DNA of 64,000 nt from an uncultured bacterium. Its GTDB lineage: Bacteria > CSSED10-310 > CAZUFC01. The notes under the pieces were generated by a model that did not search any database, had not been told where the DNA came from, and saw nothing but the letters and a program-made list of their open reading frames with translations. Location: contig CAZUFC010000022.1 in the NCBI GenBank assembly GCA_964619725.1, positions 1 through 64,000 on the forward strand. Reading direction: 5' to 3'. Positions 52,062 to 61,316 of the stretch are shown here, piece by piece (the stretch's first letter is position 1; every line of letters starts with the position of its first letter). The position numbers and the translations under genes were made by a program.

Positions 52062-53354
52062 TTACCTCCGCGGAGAGGATTCCACTTGGCCTTGAACGTT
52101 TAAATTAATAGTATCAGCATTCGGGGGTTTGTCGTAATTACCGGTCAGGTTGATGGTAACGGAGCCGGTTACGTAATTGCCCTGCTCATCGTAGCCGAAA
52201 ATTTCAAACACGGAATCGACAGGGATATAGGAATAGGCGTTGTAATAGACGTCGCCGCAGACTCGATCCTTTGCCGGTATATAGGATTTCCCTGCTCCGC
52301 ACTCATCGAACCATTCAGCGAAGTAATCAGGATCGACGTAGGCATAATTGAACTGGTAGCCTTCGTGGTATTGGGTGAACTGGGCATATTCGATATCCAC
52401 TCTGCTGCCGCCTGTTTCTTCGACATAAACAGTGGTTATCCAGTAATAAAGACCGTCGATATAATTGTAATAAGGGCAGGGATTGGGATCAGCCCATACC
52501 CGAAAACTGCCGACGTTGTCTTCCTCCTCCTCGTCTTCATCTTTTGTCGCTTCGTATGCGGCATAACCGCCTCCGGCGATGACCGCGCCGCCGACGATGT
52601 AGAGCCAGGGGCTGGCCCACAATCCTGCTGACGCACCAGCGCCGGCTCCTGCCGAACCTCCGCCTGCACCTGCTGCAGAGCCTGCTTCTGCTGCTGCGAC
52701 AGACTTGCCGGTAGATGCCGCCGTTATCTGACCGCCGTTTACCGCTCCCACAGAAGCGGTCGACGAACCGATTTGAGACGCCGTGTAAATACCACCGGCG
52801 ACAGCGCCGAAACGCATACCCGATTCAACGGCGTTCAGAGCTATGCTGTCTGCGAAGCCGGCGACTTCTGCCGGAGGCTGAGACAGCTCCGTGAAAACGT
52901 CAACCTCTCCATAGACGTCGCAATCCTGCCATGGAGGAATCTCAGCCTCTTTGCTTTCGTTGACGATGAAGCTCTGCGTTTTGACGACGACTTTATCCCC
53001 GTTCACAGCCAGGAATAAATATTCGATTTTTTCGGTAGCGTCTGCCGGCGCTGGAATGACGCCTTGATACTGATCGCTCTTCATTTCAAGCATATTAACG
53101 AAACAGAAATCCGCGTGATCGCTGCCCTTGAAATAGCAGCGAACCAGTTCAATGCCGGAAGGGTCGGCAGCGACGGCGGATACGTTAATACGGCATCCGG
53201 GAACATAATACTCCAGTGAATCATGTTGTATAGCCGTTTGCGGAGATGCCTCTGCTGCTGATACGCTTGATACGCCTTCTCCCGGACTCAGCGCCGTGAT
53301 TAAAATAAACAGTAACGCCGGCATGAATCTCAGAGTATTCCTTCCGTTGATCAT
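52062..53354 (-). CDS. Exported hypothetical protein with Ig-like N-domain, Gly/Ala linker, internal hydrophobic helix and acidic spacer
   Basis: Signal peptide; DPSGIELVRCYF..YQGVIPAP..IEY; LWASPWLYIVGGAVIAGGGYAA followed by DEDEEEED. Confidence 0.75.
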   Translation of the reverse strand: MINGRNTLRFMPALLFILITALSPGEGVSSVSAAEASPQTAIQHDSLEYYVPGCRINVSAVAADPSGIELVRCYFKGSDHADFCFVNMLEMKSDQYQGVIPAPADATEKIEYLFLAVNGDKVVVKTQSFIVNESKEAEIPPWQDCDVYGEVDVFTELSQPPAEVAGFADSIALNAVESGMRFGAVAGGIYTASQIGSSTASVGAVNGGQITAASTGKSVAAAEAGSAAGAGGGSAGAGAGASAGLWASPWLYIVGGAVIAGGGYAAYEATKDEDEEEEDNVGSFRVWADPNPCPYYNYIDGLYYWITTVYVEETGGSRVDIEYAQFTQYHEGYQFNYAYVDPDYFAEWFDECGAGKSYIPAKDRVCGDVYYNAYSYIPVDSVFEIFGYDEQGNYVTGSVTINLTGNYDKPPNADTINLNVQGQVESSPRR

Positions 53355-53374
53355 AGTTCTCTCCTTTTTAATGA

Positions 53375-55249
53375 TTAATTGCGTTTGCCTAACGTGACTT
53401 TCGCTTCATAAAGCCTGCCCAACCGATAAACAGTAAGCGCTGCCTTCTGGCCGGGACTTTTCCGTTGCAGGACGGAGCCGGCTTCCCGAGCATCGTTGAT
53501 TTTCCTGCCGTCTATGGAAGTCAGTATATCGCCCCCCCGCAGTCCTGCCGCATCCGCCGGGCCGCCGCTAACGACAGATACTATTCGTACTCCTCTCAAA
53601 GAACCCAAACCCAGTTGCCGGGCTTCATATTCGGTTACTGTTTCTATGCTTGCTCCAAACCATCCGCCCGACGCCGGAGGAATAACAGTTGCAACCCTCT
53701 CAAGTTTCACTGCAGGAGTCGCTGTGGGACTGGGCGGCGGGACGGTCGTCCGTGTATTCGTCGGTGACGGGGAAGGTGCAACCGATTCGTATTTATGATC
53801 AAGCGGTTTGATCAATGCAGAAGTTTCAGTCCCGTCAATGTTTCGCTTATCCGGGCCGGCGTCCTCATTATCATCCCCGTCGCTCGGCTCTCCGGCAAGA
53901 AGGGCTGCTTCATCCTGCAGCGCATCCTCCGAAGTCCCATCGTCATTCTCCGCCTTCTCAATCGGAACCGCAACGCCTGCCGCCCCTTCAACAGATAAAC
54001 TTTCCTTCTCAGTCAGGGAAATTGAATTTGCCTGCGATTCCCGATCTCCGTCCGGTGAAGGCTTTTCTGCTTTGAACAGACCGTACCAGCCCAGGATTGC
54101 AATTATCAGAACAACTGCCGCTGCGATTAACGGAGTTTTGTATGACCTGGAGTCGGAAATCTTCAGTCCCTTAACCATTTTCGACGCTGAAAGCGATTCT
54201 GAGGATTCCAACTTCCCCTTCTCCGGCGTTTCTTTTTTTTCGCTTACAGGCTTTTGGGCTAAAGTGGGAAGTTCATCATGAGGCTGATCTGTTTCAGCTT
54301 TATATAGATGATGCGTCTTCTGGTCACCGGTTGAGAAAACGGACGTTGTATCCTCTCGTCCATCGCCGGCGCTTGTGTTTAATACGCCTATCAGAGCATT
54401 ACGAACCTCCGTCATGTTCGTGAAACGCTTGTCACGCTCACGTTCGAGCATCTTCCCTACCGTATCGGTCAACTCCCGCGAGAATTCTACGTCGACTCTC
54501 ATCTCCCGTATGTCCGGGACCTGCTCCCTGATTCTTAAAGCTAATGACTCTATTTTGCTTGCGGACGAGAAAGGAAATTTGCCCGTCAGCGCCCTGAACA
54601 ATACCAGTCCCAGGGAATATTGATCGGTCCTGTGATCAATAGCCGCTCCTTTTGCCTGTTCAGGCGAACAATAATCTATTTTTCCAATGAATAATCCTGT
54701 CGATGTCTTCTCATCCGCATCCGAAGCAGCGAATCGGTCCGTTATCTCAGCCTTCGCTATCCCGAAATCGATTACCTTCGCCAAAGGACTGCCCAGACGA
54801 TCTTTACGAGTCGTCAGCATTATATTGTCAGGAGAAATGTCCCTGTGGATGATACCGTGACTATGAGCATGTATCAAACCGTCGCAAACCTGAATGATAA
54901 TCGGAAGAATTTCCTGCGCCGACATGATCCTGGCCCGGCGCAATCGAACAGATAAACTCTCCCCCACCAGAAATTCCATAACCAGCGCCAGATGCCGGCC
55001 CTCTTTGAAAAATTCGTAAACCCGCACCAGATTCGAGTGATCCAGCCGGGCCAGTATGCGGGCTTCCCGCTCAAAACGCTTTACAAAATCGCTATCCTGC
55101 GAAATATCGCTTTTCAATATCTTGAGCGCACGAGTCGCCCCCAATAATCGATGCTCAGCCTTAAATACCGCTCCCATTCCCCCCTCGCCGATTATAGAAT
55201 CGATACGGTATTCTCTTATCCAACTTCCTATGAATTCATGCAACTCCAT
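53375..55249 (-). CDS. Membrane Ser/Thr protein kinase with C-terminal PDZ domain
   Basis: IGEGGMGAV, HRDISPDN, DFG, YCSPE; TM LIAAAVVLIIAILGW; HtrA-like PDZ GWFGASI..GGPADAAGLRGGDILTSIDG. Confidence 0.92.
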   Translation of the reverse strand: MELHEFIGSWIREYRIDSIIGEGGMGAVFKAEHRLLGATRALKILKSDISQDSDFVKRFEREARILARLDHSNLVRVYEFFKEGRHLALVMEFLVGESLSVRLRRARIMSAQEILPIIIQVCDGLIHAHSHGIIHRDISPDNIMLTTRKDRLGSPLAKVIDFGIAKAEITDRFAASDADEKTSTGLFIGKIDYCSPEQAKGAAIDHRTDQYSLGLVLFRALTGKFPFSSASKIESLALRIREQVPDIREMRVDVEFSRELTDTVGKMLERERDKRFTNMTEVRNALIGVLNTSAGDGREDTTSVFSTGDQKTHHLYKAETDQPHDELPTLAQKPVSEKKETPEKGKLESSESLSASKMVKGLKISDSRSYKTPLIAAAVVLIIAILGWYGLFKAEKPSPDGDRESQANSISLTEKESLSVEGAAGVAVPIEKAENDDGTSEDALQDEAALLAGEPSDGDDNEDAGPDKRNIDGTETSALIKPLDHKYESVAPSPSPTNTRTTVPPPSPTATPAVKLERVATVIPPASGGWFGASIETVTEYEARQLGLGSLRGVRIVSVVSGGPADAAGLRGGDILTSIDGRKINDAREAGSVLQRKSPGQKAALTVYRLGRLYEAKVTLGKRN

Positions 55250-55622
55250 CTCTGTTCACCTGAATGGATCGGAATGGATCAAAACAGCCGAAAAACCGGG
55301 ATGAAAATCCGATTATTATGGCGACCTGAAAGACGAGGACGAATACGGCGAAACTCATAAAAAAAAAATTAACGGTGGTCGGCCTAACCTTCATGAACCT
55401 GACGTCCTTATGCCCTTAGTTACTTTGAATAATAGTTACTTCTGCAGAAATCAACGGTTTGAGAACTCCAGTATGAGCAGGATTACTCTTTTTGCAAGAG
55501 TAAACGAAAATTAATTATATCGTTAAATAATGACGAAAATCAATTTTTCGACTGTGAACCCACACTTCTCATACAAAATCTTTTACGAACGTCCAACTCC
55601 CCGCAGATTCAAGCGCTGATCC

Positions 55623-55768
55623 CCAAGCATCCAGAAAGGGGTCAGAGCCCTGCGGAAACCCTTGAATTTAAAAGGCAGAGCCCGGGGCAATCAGCATCCG
55701 CCATTCAGCTCCAAGCATTCAGAAAGGGGTCAGAGCCCTGCGGGAACCCTTGAATTTAAAGGACAGAG
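55623..55768. repeat. Two ~58-bp direct repeats (period 88 bp) containing GGGGTCAGAGCCCT
   Basis: 55623-55680 and 55711-55768: CCAAGCATYCAGAAAGGGGTCAGAGCCCTGCGGRAACCCTTGAATTTAAA. Confidence 0.9.
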
Positions 55769-55818
55769 ATTAGAATCTCCGACATCCGATATCCCTTGAT
55801 AAGCCTCCGGAACATCAT

Positions 55819-55854
55819 AAAAAAGGATCGTTTCCGGCAGAAACGATCCTTTTT
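55819..55854 (-). terminator. Intrinsic (potentially bidirectional) terminator after the C25 protease gene
   Basis: AAAAAGGATCGTTTC-CGGCA-GAAACGATCCTTTTT. Confidence 0.85.
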
Positions 55855-55883
55855 ACTCAAACAGTTTTTATTTCAAACTTCGA

Positions 55884-58800
55884 TTATTCGTAACCCCAAT
55901 CAAGGACTGATATGTCGGTCATGAGGTTCCATTGATTATCCACTAGGGCTCCCCAGAACTTAAGACCATATGCTGTTCCGGCATTGGTCGGCCAGACGAA
56001 TTCGAGTATGACTTCCGTGTTGTCGCAGTAGGCTGGAATTTCTTTGACGACCCAGTCGATATCCGTGGACCAGCTTTCGTAGAACCAGTAATTGTCATAG
56101 ACGTCAAGTATTACGAATTGGTTGAAGGTAACGGCTTCGTGGGGATTGACTATGCGGCATTCCAGGAGAAAGGGGTCTTCGGCGTGGAACATTTCCTGGT
56201 TGATCATCAGTTTCATTTCCAGGGAGGTTGGAGTTGGCGAGCAGACGGCGGTAGGCGTGCCGGTCGTGTGAGCGGTGGGCGTACCGGTAACGAACCAGGT
56301 GGGGATTTCGGTAGGGATATGGGTGGGCGTATCAGTAGGAGTATATGTAGGCGGAACATCCGTGGGCGTTTGAGTGGGCGTGCATGTCGGCGTCAGCGTG
56401 GGCGGAATTTGCGTCGGAGTTCTGGTAGGTGTGCAGGAGGGAATGAGCGTCGGGGTCCCGGTTGGAGTATAAGTCGGCGGTATGGGAGTCTGGAATGGCG
56501 TAGCAGTCGGTGCGGTTCCTCCTGTTCCGGACAGCCACCGGGCAGTGTTGACTATCAGATGTTCTTTATCCGTCTGGTTTTGAACGTCGCCTATGGTGAA
56601 AGAATAGAAGACGGTTTGACCTCCGTTCCAGGGATCGGTATCGTCATCGTATGCGATGACTCCGCCTCCATTGGCTGACGTCCATCCGAAAATTGTCGTC
56701 GCGTCAATTGCAGCATCGCAGGCATCTTCATCATAATAACTGGAATAGGTATGGGAAATTGTCGACGGCAATGAATAAGGAGTCATAACTATAGGATGAT
56801 CTGACGCCTCAAGAGAAAGGTCACCGGAGCTGTCGCCGTTCCAGTCCGTGACGTGACAGACATCTTCCAGAAAATCGGGCGCGCTGTAATAAAAGTCGTA
56901 GCATATCTCGCCGCCTTCGATCAAAAGCGTCCCTCCATCACCGACATAAGCCGTCAGGTTATCTCGCCAACCAGCCTGACTGACCGGCGAAGAGTTATCG
57001 CCGGAACTCCAGACGATGAACGCGTAGTTGTCCCAATAAGCCGGATCGGTTGATGATGCGGTTTCTTCAGTAACAAGGAAACCATTACCGGCTAGAGTAT
57101 CAACGAAACTTTGGGTGTGCTGGTGTGTTCCGTCTGCGATGACCAGGACGGGTTGAGCGCCTATGCCGACAGTAAAATTGACGGTATCAGAGAAACCTTC
57201 TGTTTCGACAAACATCGAAAATTCAACCATTTCACCCTCCGGCGCATCAGGATCGACATAAAACCCGAAATCGTCCGTGCTCCACTCCATCTGCTCGTAT
57301 TCCAAGTCCGGCCAGGAAGCTGAATTATCCGTGATATCGATGTAAATAGAATCCGTGCTCAATTCTGCATAAGGAGCCGGAGCGATTCCGTGTCCGGTGT
57401 TCAGCAGGGATACGGGCAGCACGATGTTTTCGCCCGGGTCTGCAATGCCGTCGTCGTTTCCGGAGGAATCGTCTACGAGATGGTCCTGGTATGACAGTGC
57501 GGGAGCGGTTATCATTTCATTGAAATTAGCGTTCCCTGAACCCTCAACGCTGGTCCAGGCCAAGGAGAATTGAATCGACTCGCCGTCGGGCGCAGAAGCA
57601 TCGATTTGCCACTGTAAATGAGGTTGATCGGATTCAGCGCTTGTGTGAGCGGGCATATCAGGAAAGGTCAAGTCAGCATTGATAAGCGTTACGTAATCGC
57701 TGTTTTCTGAAACAGTGACGTTTATTCCCGCAGCATCTATACCTGAGTTGTTATAAAGCGTTATAGGACAAGTGATCGTTTCGCCGGGATTGGGTTCGCC
57801 GTTGTCGTTGCCGGAAGAATCATCTATAACATGCGATTCATGGATCAGGATGGGAACATCGCATGGACCTAAATAACCCACTTCCACGTCGTCGATATTC
57901 CATCCGCAATAGGTCCATCCTGAGTCCGTTGGTCCCATTGTCCACCTCACGTAAACTTCAGGTTGGCCGTCTGCCCATTCGGAAATGTCGTATTCGCAAT
58001 AAAGCCATTCGCCGTCATATATAGTCGAAGAATTGTGCCAGACTTCCTCAAATGTCGTGCCGTCGACTGAAACTGAAATAACGGCATGGTCATAAACTGG
58101 TTGTTCGACGCCCAACCACCGGTAAAATCTGAGGGTAGTTCCAGCGGCTGCCGAGCAGTCCATGACCGGAGCTGTGAGATGGTATTCGCCCATTGAATTC
58201 GTATAGTCGCCGTTGAGGTTATAGCCGTAGACATTGTCTCCGGTATATCCGGAAGTGGGGTCCGGGCCGCCGTAATCACCGCCCTGTCCTGTTGGAATGC
58301 CCCATTCCCAATCGCCGCCGGAGATCGTCCAGCCCGGATTGGAGTCCATGTTTTCCTCAAAAAGCACGAAATTGCCCAGAGTATTGAAGAAGTAATATTC
58401 TCCGCTGTTGTCGTCCGTCGCCGTATTTTCAGCAAGATCGGTCGATTCCACATAAAAATAGTATTTTGAACAGTTTTCCAGTCCTTCCAGTTTGATGGAA
58501 TGTTCCATACTGTATTCTGAACATGAAACGGACTGGACAGGAGGCGTATCGAACCCGTAGAAGACTGTGGCAGTGGCGAGTTCGTCCGTGGTCCAGGTTA
58601 TGACGGCTTCAGTATCGAGAACGCCGCTGAATCCGACTCCGCTGATCGCCGGCTCCTGGCAATCGACTGTAACGTCTTCGTAAACGTCTACCGGTGAGCC
58701 TTCGCAATCGTCATCATGGTAATAGGCAGTCACATCGTCACCATGCGCGACCAGAAGGTCGCCGCTCCCGCCTGAAGCAAAAAGCTCGAACTGTCCTTCG

Positions 58801-61124
58801 AATACCGCCAGGTCAGGGTCTATCTCGGTGCACTCTACCGAAATGCCTGTCGGATCGCTGTCGCTCCATACGTCTATCATCACCTGCTCAGCGACATAAG
58901 GATCAAGGTTCAGATCAGAGTCCAGCACGCGCAGGGTCACAGCGCTGCTGCAGTTATAATTGGAATTCATGTATTGAACGATGCCGCATTGCGGTGCGCT
59001 GGACAATACGGATGCTTCCAACGGATTCAAATTATAACCGGTTACCACGATGTCGACATCGACTCCGGCCTGTATCTGTCCGTCCAGCTCTATTTCCACC
59101 TGGCCGTTTGATGCTATGCCGCTGCCCAGCAATTCGCCTTCCTGGGATATCGCCACCAGCGCGCCGTTGTCCGTTATGTCCATCGTCACTGAAGAAGTCC
59201 CTGTCGGAATCGTTACAGGCAGGTCTATATCCGGGTCCTGAGGCGTGTCGGTTCGAATCATCAGCTCCGGATCGCCGAACAGATGGAAAATTCGCAGGGT
59301 TGTCGGCGTATAACTGCCGGAGCCTTGATACATGAACATATAATATTTCCCGAAATTCAGACTCGCCCCCATCTGGTAAGCGTTTTCATATATGTTGCCC
59401 GTATGCTCAGGATCATAATCGGGCCAGAAACAGGTGTAGAATCCATGAACCATCAGATCATTATGCCCAGAATAACTGGTTTCCGAAGCCGCAATTACGG
59501 ATACAGCCCCTCCGCCATCCTTTTTCAATATCGCTTCAGCGAAGCAGTCCGAGCCGTAATCCATATCGCCGGAAGAACAGTTAATGGAAAACACTACCGG
59601 GGTTCGGTTTCCATTTTCAAGCGCTCCCAGGTCGCTTACATAAAACGGAGGATCGCTCCATCCGGATGGTTCGCCGTGATCCCTATGCTGTACTATGCTG
59701 ACTCCTGAATTGAACGCATCGATTATATTTTGTGTGGCCTGCGACGCGGGAGTGATTAAATCAATTAGTTCCTGAGGAACCGGGTCCGGCCAGTCAAATC
59801 GGTGCGGATAACTGTCCGAACGAAAATGATAGGTCGAACAACCGCTTGCATCAGTGCAATACGCGGAATACATGCTCATCCCTATTTCCTGATCAAGATA
59901 CTGCATCACATGCGTCGCTGTTTCAAAAAACCATCTGTCAGCCTCGCAGTAGGGAGACCAACTGTCCTGGAACAGGGCTGCCGCCAAGCCGTGATTATAC
60001 CAGTCCGCAACCTCCGGATTCCTATCGAAATCCAGAAGCTTGTTCACTACTACAGTGCACTGTTCCTCTGTCTGAACGTTCAGCCGGCCCAGAAAAAGAT
60101 CAGCAAAAGAATCGCCGCCTTCAAGACAGGAATAGGGCAAATCTGTCAGGTCGCCTGAAATGTTATTGGAAGGCACCTGCTGAACGTCGCCGACCAGCAG
60201 CACATACGCCGGCGCCGGGTCCCAGGTATCATAAGCATCCTGAAGATAACTCTGGATAACAGCCGGCGTTGAACCGCCAATATCAGACAACGTCGCAAGC
60301 TCCGTCAAACGGCCTTTCAGCGTTTTCCATTCCACCAGCGGAGCCAGCTCGTCTTCAAAGTCATCATAAGTTATAATTAAATAGTCTGCCCCGTCACGAG
60401 ATCGTGATTTCTGCGACATATCAACAGGTTTGTAATTAGCTATGACCCCTGCAGCCTGATTTTCAAATTCAGGGCAGGCCAGCCTTAACTTGTTCGCTTG
60501 AGCCGCCGGATTCTGCACGCCTCGGTAGGTTATTGTAAAATCTATGGCAGGGTAACCCTTTAGAGAATTCGACACCGGATTGTACTGCAGCGGACTGATT
60601 TCCAGAAATAAAACCCTTCTGCCTCTTATGTATCCGTCCTCCGTTATCTTGATCAAATCCTCCGGAGAATAAACATCAATGGAATACGCAGATTCATCAT
60701 AAATGAATTGGGGGGCTTGATTCCTGTCGTAACCTTCTGGAAGAGGCGGCTGACTGGGCAATACCTCGTATGTCCCTGGCAGCAGAAGCGAATCTCTGGC
60801 GTTAAACTTTATGCCGGGCTCTACCCCGGACGGAATTTCCACAAACATTCCCTTGAACGGTAAATAAGGCGATCCCGTCTCTCCTTTTAATCCGCATCCT
60901 CTTATGCTTAACTCGGCAAATGTAATTCCCTCACGTTCCACTTTGCGAACGGACGCTCCTGGAAATTCCATCGTTATACGCAAACCGTTCTCCACGTCCT
61001 GAATATTCCAAGTCACCGCATCTTGCTCCTTCATGCCGTCAGTTAAAGGGATGAAGTGAGCATAAACAGGACATCCGATTACGGTCAGACCGATGAGGAC
61101 AAGAAATGAATTGCATACTTTCAT
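55884..61124 (-). CDS. Gingipain-like C25 cysteine peptidase, multidomain secreted, with PT linker and shared C-terminal domain
   Basis: Signal peptide from ATG 61124 (RBS GGGAG); C25 propeptide, DYLII, YVLLVGD, GRL, catalytic HRDHG and NCSSG, LFGDP; FN3 and repeated DDSSGNDxG Ig modules. Confidence 0.9.
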   Translation of the reverse strand: MKVCNSFLVLIGLTVIGCPVYAHFIPLTDGMKEQDAVTWNIQDVENGLRITMEFPGASVRKVEREGITFAELSIRGCGLKGETGSPYLPFKGMFVEIPSGVEPGIKFNARDSLLLPGTYEVLPSQPPLPEGYDRNQAPQFIYDESAYSIDVYSPEDLIKITEDGYIRGRRVLFLEISPLQYNPVSNSLKGYPAIDFTITYRGVQNPAAQANKLRLACPEFENQAAGVIANYKPVDMSQKSRSRDGADYLIITYDDFEDELAPLVEWKTLKGRLTELATLSDIGGSTPAVIQSYLQDAYDTWDPAPAYVLLVGDVQQVPSNNISGDLTDLPYSCLEGGDSFADLFLGRLNVQTEEQCTVVVNKLLDFDRNPEVADWYNHGLAAALFQDSWSPYCEADRWFFETATHVMQYLDQEIGMSMYSAYCTDASGCSTYHFRSDSYPHRFDWPDPVPQELIDLITPASQATQNIIDAFNSGVSIVQHRDHGEPSGWSDPPFYVSDLGALENGNRTPVVFSINCSSGDMDYGSDCFAEAILKKDGGGAVSVIAASETSYSGHNDLMVHGFYTCFWPDYDPEHTGNIYENAYQMGASLNFGKYYMFMYQGSGSYTPTTLRIFHLFGDPELMIRTDTPQDPDIDLPVTIPTGTSSVTMDITDNGALVAISQEGELLGSGIASNGQVEIELDGQIQAGVDVDIVVTGYNLNPLEASVLSSAPQCGIVQYMNSNYNCSSAVTLRVLDSDLNLDPYVAEQVMIDVWSDSDPTGISVECTEIDPDLAVFEGQFELFASGGSGDLLVAHGDDVTAYYHDDDCEGSPVDVYEDVTVDCQEPAISGVGFSGVLDTEAVITWTTDELATATVFYGFDTPPVQSVSCSEYSMEHSIKLEGLENCSKYYFYVESTDLAENTATDDNSGEYYFFNTLGNFVLFEENMDSNPGWTISGGDWEWGIPTGQGGDYGGPDPTSGYTGDNVYGYNLNGDYTNSMGEYHLTAPVMDCSAAAGTTLRFYRWLGVEQPVYDHAVISVSVDGTTFEEVWHNSSTIYDGEWLYCEYDISEWADGQPEVYVRWTMGPTDSGWTYCGWNIDDVEVGYLGPCDVPILIHESHVIDDSSGNDNGEPNPGETITCPITLYNNSGIDAAGINVTVSENSDYVTLINADLTFPDMPAHTSAESDQPHLQWQIDASAPDGESIQFSLAWTSVEGSGNANFNEMITAPALSYQDHLVDDSSGNDDGIADPGENIVLPVSLLNTGHGIAPAPYAELSTDSIYIDITDNSASWPDLEYEQMEWSTDDFGFYVDPDAPEGEMVEFSMFVETEGFSDTVNFTVGIGAQPVLVIADGTHQHTQSFVDTLAGNGFLVTEETASSTDPAYWDNYAFIVWSSGDNSSPVSQAGWRDNLTAYVGDGGTLLIEGGEICYDFYYSAPDFLEDVCHVTDWNGDSSGDLSLEASDHPIVMTPYSLPSTISHTYSSYYDEDACDAAIDATTIFGWTSANGGGVIAYDDDTDPWNGGQTVFYSFTIGDVQNQTDKEHLIVNTARWLSGTGGTAPTATPFQTPIPPTYTPTGTPTLIPSCTPTRTPTQIPPTLTPTCTPTQTPTDVPPTYTPTDTPTHIPTEIPTWFVTGTPTAHTTGTPTAVCSPTPTSLEMKLMINQEMFHAEDPFLLECRIVNPHEAVTFNQFVILDVYDNYWFYESWSTDIDWVVKEIPAYCDNTEVILEFVWPTNAGTAYGLKFWGALVDNQWNLMTDISVLDWGYE

Positions 61125-61316
61125 GAAGTTACTCCCATTTAGATTTAAAATTTTTGATACTTCTGCAGGACTCCTTAAGGAAAAAGTCAACCTTTTCCCT
61201 TATTATTCATATTATGCCAAAATGTCAACTTGACGGCTGAAGCTTCTTGAACAATAGATTTACCTTAAAACAAAACATGTTTTTCTGAAGAGGACGCAGA
61301 TGAAACAATAAGCCGC

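Noticed and set aside
55623-55768. Mini-CRISPR (repeat, 30-nt spacer, repeat)
   Set aside because: Repeat is ~58 bp, only two imperfect copies, and the core recurs elsewhere with other periods
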